Positions 57,600 through 64,000 of a DNA stretch of 64,000 nt are shown here, one piece after another. Location: IMG/VR virus record IMGVR_UViG_3300027770_000026, positions 1-64,000 of that record. One strand, given 5' to 3'. The notes under the pieces were generated by a model, which saw only the letters and a list, made by a program, of their open reading frames with translations, searched no databases and was not told the origin of the DNA. Every line of letters begins with the position of its first letter. Positions within the stretch are counted from its first letter, which is position 1. The position numbers and the translations under genes are program-made.

Positions 57600-57658
57600 G
57601 CGTAAGTCATTGATTCTATTGGGAATTTAGTTTTCCCTTAGAAATCAACAACTTACGC
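57600..57658. repeat. Promoter-associated inverted repeat, copy D
   Basis: GCGTAAGTCATTGATT ... AATCAACAACTTACGC. Confidence 0.85.
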
Positions 57659-58309
57659 AGGGACAAATTGACGTTGGTAGTAGTCGTCTTGTACAGGACT
57701 TGTGGCGCCAGAAATCAACACTTTAACAAAGCTGGATTTGAATTTCCATGTTGGCTGAGGCTTCTCACTTGTACCTGACCAAGTCACTGTTAGGTATTTG
57801 GTCTTTGGCGGTGACATACCTTTGGTAAGGTCTTTGTACTTTTCACCCTTCATCCAAGTTGTCAATTTCTGAAAATCCTGATCTAGTTCATAAAGTGTAT
57901 AATTATCAAGTCGATGTAGATCACAGATAATACCATCCTTCACCTTATAGTGTGTATCTTTGTTACGAATTTCGTTGTAAGTGACCAAGATAGTTCGAAC
58001 CATCTTCTTAAACACTACACTTTCATTAAATGTTGGAGCAAAGTTTTTATGTTCCTTGGCTGTAATTTTAGCAACGGTTAAATCTTTGCCACGGTCTAGA
58101 CTATAAGTCTTGACTTCACCTTCGGGAGAATCGGGCATACCTGGCAGATTGTGATTACTTAGATCAAATAGATCTTCAATATGGTTACCAACTCTACCGC
58201 TGTTCTTTTTGCTATATCTCTTTGAGATTTTTGGGTTTATCGAGTACCATTCAGCTTTTAAAGGCTCAAGTACACGATCAATTACAGGTTGACTAAGTTT
58301 AGCAGGCAT
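57653..58309 (-). CDS. MutH/Sau3AI-like PD-(D/E)xK nuclease
   Basis: GRVGNHIEDLF...MPDSPEGEVKT. Confidence 0.6.
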   Translation of the reverse strand: MPAKLSQPVIDRVLEPLKAEWYSINPKISKRYSKKNSGRVGNHIEDLFDLSNHNLPGMPDSPEGEVKTYSLDRGKDLTVAKITAKEHKNFAPTFNESVVFKKMVRTILVTYNEIRNKDTHYKVKDGIICDLHRLDNYTLYELDQDFQKLTTWMKGEKYKDLTKGMSPPKTKYLTVTWSGTSEKPQPTWKFKSSFVKVLISGATSPVQDDYYQRQFVPA

Positions 58310-58320
58310 TGTTCCTCCGA

Positions 58321-58779
58321 TTAATTGCCAGAATAGGTTTTTAGAACTAGTTGTCCAGAATCAATCTCGTCCGGATATCGAGATGCAATCATGGAATTAT
58401 CCATGAATCGCAAACGCATTTGGTCTACCTTTTCGCTTGGTACACCGTGTACATTATCCCACTTACCTGTGCAATGTACTACAATCACTTTGGCTTGGTT
58501 GTTAAGTGCATAGTCAATGTAGTTTTTGATTTCCCAAAGTTGGGTAAAGGTATTGCTCACAATCACAGGCTCGCCTCGTTGCACAGACTGGGAAAACTTT
58601 GCAAAGCACCAAGCATGAGCACGTGGTAGGTGTTCGGGAACAAACTTGTGGTAACCTGCTTGTTCAAAATACTGGTCTGCTTCGTAGTGTTGTGCGTTGG
58701 GTGTACCTGCTGCAAGTTTAGCAGCAAGAGTGCTCTTGCCTGATCCCGGAACGCCACGAAGTAGATATACAATGCTCAT
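58321..58779 (-). CDS. P-loop kinase (AAA_33/polynucleotide-kinase-like)
   Basis: RGVPGSGKST, EADQYF, VSNTF, NVHGVP. Confidence 0.85.
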   Translation of the reverse strand: MSIVYLLRGVPGSGKSTLAAKLAAGTPNAQHYEADQYFEQAGYHKFVPEHLPRAHAWCFAKFSQSVQRGEPVIVSNTFTQLWEIKNYIDYALNNQAKVIVVHCTGKWDNVHGVPSEKVDQMRLRFMDNSMIASRYPDEIDSGQLVLKTYSGN

Positions 58780-58791
58780 ACTAGTATTTAC

Positions 58792-59184
58792 TCAGATAGT
58801 GTCTATTAGACCCAGCTCGTTGGTGTATTTTACATTCTTAATACCGAACTCTGCAATAGCTCGCATGCAACCTTCGCAAGGCTTGGCCATGCCCCAACCA
58901 CTAGCAGTATCCTCTCGGGTACGCAACACCAGCAAGGTAGCTCGCCTAAGATCATCCACAGTTATGTGACGCAGTGCGTTCTTGATTGCATGCATTTCCG
59001 CATGCATATAGATACGCTCCTTGTTCACACTGTACTTGGCCTGCATGGGATCAGTCTTCATACGGTTGTATCCAAAACTGATCACACGCCCACGAATTAC
59101 TACCGCAGCAGCCAACTGATAGCGAAGGTGATCGGACGACTCTGCTATGCGCATGAGCAGTGGAAAAATCCTGTCATTACGCAT
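58792..59184 (-). CDS. Zn-dependent cytidine/dCMP-type deaminase
   Basis: HAEMHA...KPCEGC. Confidence 0.88.
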   Translation of the reverse strand: MRNDRIFPLLMRIAESSDHLRYQLAAAVVIRGRVISFGYNRMKTDPMQAKYSVNKERIYMHAEMHAIKNALRHITVDDLRRATLLVLRTREDTASGWGMAKPCEGCMRAIAEFGIKNVKYTNELGLIDTI

Positions 59185-59185
59185 G

Positions 59186-59452
59186 TCAATCAGCCGTAGT
59201 CGAGTCCACCATCGGGTTGGTTACTGTTTCTGCTAGTCTAGCATTCTGATAGTAATCACCGATATGAGCTTCAAAGGTACGGAACAGCTGATCAAACTTG
59301 AGCTCGTAAAGGCTTACTACGCCCAACAGCAGATTGGCAATTTCATCCTGGGTCATGTTGCGGTTCTGTAGAGTATCAAGAATCAACTTGACATCTTCGG
59401 TTACGCGCCAAGCACCCAAAATCTGCTGTTCCAAATCAAACTGATGACTCAT
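59186..59452 (-). CDS. Hypothetical protein
   Basis: 88-aa ORF; FDLEQQILGAW. Confidence 0.7.
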   Translation of the reverse strand: MSHQFDLEQQILGAWRVTEDVKLILDTLQNRNMTQDEIANLLLGVVSLYELKFDQLFRTFEAHIGDYYQNARLAETVTNPMVDSTTAD

Positions 59453-59455
59453 TGC

Positions 59456-59659
59456 TCACTCCAAAAAATGTTTATCAATAACCTGTTGAATCTCTACGTG
59501 GCTTACTATAGCACGACATTCCTGGGCTGTCAACACTATTAGTTTACGACTGTAGGCTTCTAACCAATCTTCTAGGGATATTTTGGTTTTATCCGGGTAG
59601 ATTTCGTCCACACCAATCATTGCTTGGAGTACCAAACGTCTTTCAAGCTTTCGATTCAT
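59456..59659 (-). CDS. Hypothetical protein (distant KFAELIxxEC-like)
   Basis: EAYSRKLIVLTAQEC. Confidence 0.6.
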   Translation of the reverse strand: MNRKLERRLVLQAMIGVDEIYPDKTKISLEDWLEAYSRKLIVLTAQECRAIVSHVEIQQVIDKHFLE

Positions 59660-59665
59660 TTTGGA

Positions 59666-59974
59666 TTAGGTAGTAGCATCGGGCGCCATGCAAGCATGGT
59701 ACAAGGTCATTGCTGCTATGTTTACATCTTCGTTGCGAGCAGTCCATCCTAGCTCAATCAACTTGGCAATTAGTCTTTGGTTATCCCTGTCTGCATTACC
59801 TTCCAGTAACAGTTTGTACAGTACGCCATCGTACTCCTGCTTGTTGCTAGCCCTGCGGGCAATCATGGTAAATGCCGTAAACCTAACGGTGATTTCCGTG
59901 CAGGCTTCTGGATTAGCAGCCAGTGCTGTGGTTGTGAACATCAACAGTGCCGCAGCACATAGCATCTTTTTCAT
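59666..59974 (-). CDS. Secreted hypothetical protein
   Basis: Signal peptide [19 protein letters not shown]. Confidence 0.7.
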   Translation of the reverse strand: MKKMLCAAALLMFTTTALAANPEACTEITVRFTAFTMIARRASNKQEYDGVLYKLLLEGNADRDNQRLIAKLIELGWTARNEDVNIAAMTLYHACMAPDATT

Positions 59975-60261
59975 ACAGTTTCCTTATTAGGTACAATCAA
60001 TTGAGCATCATAATATGCCCCGCATTTGGAACACGACATCCTTGTAACCAAATCAGCTACAATGTTCTGTGTGCTACCTTCGTGGTCACAATCGCCCAAT
60101 CGATTGTTTTCCAAATCAATTGCACGAAGTATCATACTGGGAGTGGTATCGGTATCTCGTAGCTTGCCCAGCGCACGACGTAGGGCAACAGGATTACTGA
60201 GCAGTTCAAAGTATTGATCTTCAAACTTCTGTGCGTGAGCTTGCCAGTGTTCTGCGCTCAT
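59971..60261 (-). CDS. Hypothetical protein with possible Zn-ribbon
   Basis: CDH...CSKCG. Confidence 0.6.
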   Translation of the reverse strand: MSAEHWQAHAQKFEDQYFELLSNPVALRRALGKLRDTDTTPSMILRAIDLENNRLGDCDHEGSTQNIVADLVTRMSCSKCGAYYDAQLIVPNKETV

Positions 60262-61202
60262 ACAAACCTCTTAAAGTATTCAATAGTTGGGATTAGTCCT
60301 TGTTCCAATGCAATAGTAGGACTCCAACTTAGTTGTTCTTTGGCTAGTGTGATGTCCGGACGGCGCTGGCGCGGATCATCATGTGGCAATGTTTCGTATA
60401 ACAATTGTGACTTACTGCCAGTTAGCTGCAATATTTTTTCAGCCAACTCTCGCATGGTGAATTCGCTAGGATTACCCAAGTTAATGGGTCCGGTTACACC
60501 ACTGTTTGTTGCCATCATGCGAACGAATGATTCAATCAAATCGTCTACATAACAAAAGCTGCGAGTTTGATTACCATCACCATAAACGGTAATTGGTTGG
60601 TTGCGTAGTGCTTGCATAATAAATTTACTAACCACACGACCATCATTGGGATGCATACGTGGACCATATGTATTGAAGATGCGCACAACTTTGATGTCTA
60701 GATTATGTTGCCTACGATAGTCAAAGAACAGCGTTTCTGCGCAACGCTTGCCTTCGTCGTAACAACTGCGCACACCAATTGGGTTTACGTGACCCCAATA
60801 GTTTTCTGTTTGTGGATGTTGCTCTGGATCACCATACACTTCGCTGGTGCTGGCTTGTAGAATTTTAGCGCCTGTACGTTTGGCTAGGCCCAGCATGTTA
60901 ATAGCACCATGCACACTGGTCTTGGTTGTTTGTACGGGATCATGTTGATAATGAACAGGACTTGCAGGACACGCCAGGTTATAGATCTCGCCTACTTCAA
61001 TATAAAGCGGGAAGGTAACATCGTGTCGTAACAATTCAAAACGTGGATTATTGAGTAGATGCGCCACGTTAGCTTTGCTGCTTGTATAGAAGTTATCCAG
61101 GCAAATTACATCACGACCTTCATTGAGCAGGCGTTCACAAAGGTGCGAACCTAGGAATCCGGCTCCGCCCGTAACCAATACAGTCTTGTTAAGACGTGTC
61201 AC
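60258..61202 (-). CDS. UDP-glucuronate decarboxylase (UDP-xylose synthase)
   Basis: [44 protein letters not shown]. Confidence 0.93.
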   Translation of the reverse strand: MTRLNKTVLVTGGAGFLGSHLCERLLNEGRDVICLDNFYTSSKANVAHLLNNPRFELLRHDVTFPLYIEVGEIYNLACPASPVHYQHDPVQTTKTSVHGAINMLGLAKRTGAKILQASTSEVYGDPEQHPQTENYWGHVNPIGVRSCYDEGKRCAETLFFDYRRQHNLDIKVVRIFNTYGPRMHPNDGRVVSKFIMQALRNQPITVYGDGNQTRSFCYVDDLIESFVRMMATNSGVTGPINLGNPSEFTMRELAEKILQLTGSKSQLLYETLPHDDPRQRRPDITLAKEQLSWSPTIALEQGLIPTIEYFKRFV

Positions 61203-61432
61203 AGTTCGTCCTCATCGGGTAGTAGGTCGTCTACGTTGAATGGCCAGGATGGATTGTAATTGTAGCCTAGCTCATGTTCTAGATATTGCATGCCGCGGTC
61301 TAGCATTGCACTTTCAATCCAGGTAGCATCCACATGTTCTAATTGATCTGGTGTAAAAAACGCAACTGCGCAGCCCATGCTACGCAGTGTGGTAACCAAT
61401 TCAAAGATTTTTTCGTCGTACTTAATCTTCAT
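61199..61432 (-). CDS. Hypothetical protein
   Basis: 77-aa ORF, coupled. Confidence 0.6.
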   Translation of the reverse strand: MKIKYDEKIFELVTTLRSMGCAVAFFTPDQLEHVDATWIESAMLDRGMQYLEHELGYNYNPSWPFNVDDLLPDEDEL

Positions 61433-61604
61433 CGTGTGATTGAGTTTCTACACGTAGACGTTCAATTAAATCTTTAAGGCTTTGATTTAATAACGACATA
61501 TCTAGATCAAGTTTAATCTCGGGATAGATTATCACTATATCAGCTTTGGGCTTGCTCATCTTCTTCTTGAGAAGATAAGGCATGAAGTCAACAACCTTAC
61601 CCAT
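61422..61604 (-). CDS. Hypothetical protein
   Basis: 60-aa ORF. Confidence 0.55.
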   Translation of the reverse strand: MGKVVDFMPYLLKKKMSKPKADIVIIYPEIKLDLDMSLLNQSLKDLIERLRVETQSHDED

Positions 61605-61857
61605 CTGGCTCCGCCTTGTTGTTCATGTACTTCTCCAACTTGGCAATCTTCTCCTCACCAAGTTCAGGTAAACGAAAGCCATCAATGTAGCCTTCTTCTA
61701 CGATGAGCTTGAGTACGCCCATAAAGTCGCCAATCTCTTGCTCCAGTCGTTGCTGGTTAGCAATGCTCTTGCCAAAGCGATGAATCTTGCTGACTGCTTG
61801 CACAATCTCGCCGCATTCCTCGGACAACACAATCAACAGTTCTTGTTCGCGATTCAT
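61597..61857 (-). CDS. Short MazG-like protein
   Basis: LSEECGEIVQAVSK...LEQEIGD. Confidence 0.75.
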   Translation of the reverse strand: MNREQELLIVLSEECGEIVQAVSKIHRFGKSIANQQRLEQEIGDFMGVLKLIVEEGYIDGFRLPELGEEKIAKLEKYMNNKAEPDG

Positions 61858-61872
61858 CTTTTTCCTTTAATG

Positions 61873-61949
61873 TGGTGGGCCCAGTAGGATTCTAACCTAC
61901 GATCGGTCGTTTATGAGACGACTGCTTTTGGACACTAAGCTATAGGCCC
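61873..61949 (-). tRNA. trnI: tRNA(CAU), probably Ile2 (lysidine type)
   Basis: CT-CAT-AA loop, GGGCCTA acceptor, A73, CCA; atypical D/T loops. Confidence 0.8.
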
Positions 61950-61955
61950 TTAAAC

Positions 61956-62315
61956 TTAATACGATGCATTATCCGTTAGTGGCGGGTAACCTCGTTGATT
62001 CTCCAAATCTACTGCTTCATACAGCATGTTGTGTATAGTCAAGTATCCCGAGTACTGTGCCGGTGCATAAGAATCTGTACCAAACTCAAACACATCGTAT
62101 AGTACTCCGCGGTAGCTTTGACGTTCCTTGATCTCGCCTCGGTATATACGTCTAACTACAGCACAGAATAGCATAAGCTGCTGGTCTTTGTCAAGTGCAT
62201 TCCACGCTGCTTCGCTGTCTGCATCAAACTGCTTTGCAGCCTCACGCATGGCTTCACCTGCTGCAGCTAGTTCCTGCAGTAGATCCATATTTGTTTTATC
62301 TGCTGTACTGACCAT
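61956..62315 (-). CDS. Hypothetical protein
   Basis: 119-aa ORF. Confidence 0.7.
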   Translation of the reverse strand: MVSTADKTNMDLLQELAAAGEAMREAAKQFDADSEAAWNALDKDQQLMLFCAVVRRIYRGEIKERQSYRGVLYDVFEFGTDSYAPAQYSGYLTIHNMLYEAVDLENQRGYPPLTDNASY

Positions 62316-62610
62316 ATATGTATGTTAACACTTCTTCAGGATAAGTTGCAAGTACTTCTCGGGGGGTGCGACTATCAAATGCCAAATTAGGTGACGCCAA
62401 CCATTCCTCCACCAACTCGTCGCTGCCTAATATTGGTAGTAGCAACTGGTTAATTTCATTACGAATATGGTTATACCTTAACCAATCACTACACCATCGC
62501 ATGTGGTCGTCTCGCTGTATACGAACTTTGTCGTTAGACAGCTCCACATAATCACGAGCGATGGTGTAGATTAGGTCTTCTGCACTAAGTCGATTAGTGT
62601 ACTGGCTCAC
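62296..62610 (-). CDS. Protein with MbcA/ParS/Xre antitoxin C-terminal-like domain
   Basis: GSDELVEEWLASPNLAFDSRTPREVL; GTG start chosen. Confidence 0.55.
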   Translation of the reverse strand: MSQYTNRLSAEDLIYTIARDYVELSNDKVRIQRDDHMRWCSDWLRYNHIRNEINQLLLPILGSDELVEEWLASPNLAFDSRTPREVLATYPEEVLTYIYGQYSR

Positions 62611-62905
62611 TTGGTGTCTCGGTTGCAACTGATGGAACAGTTTCAGCGGGTGCCACTGGCTCTTCTGGATCAGGTTCAGGTGCAAACACTGCCGGTTCAG
62701 ACTCGGACGGTGATGTGCAAGTAGTCCATGCAAACTCTCCGGTCAGATCATCAAACCGTGCGCCGCAATTTTGTGTAGCAGCTTTCTGCAGCTTTGCAGT
62801 GGCAATATTACTACCAACTACAGCACCAGTACCAAACACAACAATTGCTGCACCAATTACGATACACAGTAGTGTTAACTTTTCAAATCCTGTACGCTCT
62901 GACAT
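62594..62905 (-). CDS. Membrane-anchored hypothetical protein
   Basis: N-terminal TM, Cys pair, Pro/Glu tail. Confidence 0.65.
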   Translation of the reverse strand: MSERTGFEKLTLLCIVIGAAIVVFGTGAVVGSNIATAKLQKAATQNCGARFDDLTGEFAWTTCTSPSESEPAVFAPEPDPEEPVAPAETVPSVATETPSEPVH

Positions 62906-62920
62906 TATGGTCTCCTTATA

Positions 62921-63103
62921 TTACCATTCTGAATTTTCAAGTCTAAACTTGCTCTTGGGAGCAGCACGGTTTAGTACCTGGATTAGTTCTGCACCAAGCA
63001 GTTCAAAGTTTGGTGCTTCAAATATGGGATGCTCGCTATCGTTATCGATTACAATAATAGGATGCGTTTCGTCGTCTTGATAGATTAAAATTGATTTAAT
63101 CAT
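62921..63103 (-). CDS. Hypothetical protein
   Basis: 60-aa ORF. Confidence 0.55.
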   Translation of the reverse strand: MIKSILIYQDDETHPIIVIDNDSEHPIFEAPNFELLGAELIQVLNRAAPKSKFRLENSEW

Positions 63104-63235
63104 AGTTGTTGTTCCTCATCATACGGCAACCAGTTCTTAGATTGTATCTGCTTAAGTGTATGTAGTACTACTGCAAACACCAAACCAATAAAAAATCCAC
63201 CTAAAAATACCAATGTATCATGCATATTTTATACT

Positions 63236-63457
63236 TTATGATTCGTCAACAGTAGTTAGTACGTTATGTACATCTGCAATATACCGCCAGGGATCAAAGC
63301 GATGACTGCGGCAACGATGTACAGTATCTAACCATGCCCAATAGCCATCTTCGGACAATACAGGAAACCATGCGTATGCTGTATGCCACTTACGCTGGGC
63401 TTGCATCTTCTCGTCTTTTGCTAAACGTTGAAGATTGGCTCGTTTAGTTGCGGTCAT
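63236..63457 (-). CDS. Hypothetical protein
   Basis: WHTAYAWFPV...WAWLDTVHR. Confidence 0.6.
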   Translation of the reverse strand: MTATKRANLQRLAKDEKMQAQRKWHTAYAWFPVLSEDGYWAWLDTVHRCRSHRFDPWRYIADVHNVLTTVDES

Positions 63458-63620
63458 TTTTGAGCTGTTCCTCAACAGCAACCGTCGCTAGCATGGCAGG
63501 AGTCCCCATCATAATAATTATAAGTAGCACACCGCTAACACCCGATACTGAATATGCCCAGACGCTCCATACGACAAACCATGCAGCGAGAGAGATTACG
63601 GCAAACTTACGGCGAAACAT
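63444..63620 (-). CDS. Small membrane protein
   Basis: ATG after AGGAG; 2 TM. Confidence 0.55.
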   Translation of the reverse strand: MFRRKFAVISLAAWFVVWSVWAYSVSGVSGVLLIIIMMGTPAMLATVAVEEQLKNDRN

Positions 63621-63873
63621 TCGATTGCTCCTTAATAATCTGTATATCTTTAACACACATAAGGTAGTTATCGTTGACTACCCTAACCAACACACCACCT
63701 TGTTGTTGGCATTTATTCATATAGGCTTTTTGCTCTTTTTTGAAGGCGTCATGCATTAGCCTAAAACCAAATACGCCAAAACCTACGATGATTAGGAATG
63801 GTAGTGTCTTTTTGAATACATCCCACGCCTTGCCTAATCGCAGTGCTGTGGTTTCTGTTACGGGAATACGCAT
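63607..63873 (-). CDS. Small membrane protein
   Basis: One TM, CQQQGG...C motif like 24668-24925. Confidence 0.6.
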   Translation of the reverse strand: MRIPVTETTALRLGKAWDVFKKTLPFLIIVGFGVFGFRLMHDAFKKEQKAYMNKCQQQGGVLVRVVNDNYLMCVKDIQIIKEQSNVSP

Positions 63874-64000
63874 ATTTTCTCTACTTAGTTGTGCTAGAAC
63901 CGTGTACTAGTATTTTAGCAGGGTGTGCGGGGTAATGCAAGAGCATGTCCAAAATATAAAATTTTGGATAAATATTGGCATGAAGTCCACCACCCTAAAA

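Overview
64-kb segment of a large lytic dsDNA myovirus (jumbo/'huge' phage) of a Gram-negative, probably betaproteobacterial, host. Standard genetic code, mostly minus-strand genes; no integrase or CRISPR array seen. Contents: virion genes (collagen-like fibre, baseplate-like proteins); chaperone/protease and translation genes (ClpA, ClpS, J-domain protein, GroES, IF-1); replication/nucleotide genes (clamp loader, DnaE fragment, PhoH, MazG-like, deaminase, HNH, UvsE); stress genes (SOD, peroxiredoxin, PspC); a large sugar-nucleotide/glycosyl-/methyltransferase set; holin/spanin genes; 22 canonical tRNAs plus one aberrant UAU tRNA-like gene. Highlights: (1) a phage-borne porin + heptaheme cytochrome c + inner-membrane His-rich protein cluster resembling a bacterial porin-cytochrome electron conduit (29.1-32.3 kb); (2) an apparent leaderless leader-peptide transcription attenuator upstream of the tRNA array (54.7-55.0 kb) that could switch on tRNA supply when translation stalls; (3) candidate structured ncRNAs within the tRNA array; (4) TAAATA late promoters placed for leaderless translation and a shared M-[RK]-[LI]-x-E N-terminal tag; (5) dispersed promoter-linked inverted-repeat cassettes. 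All functional calls are by-eye motif recognition; no database searches were run.
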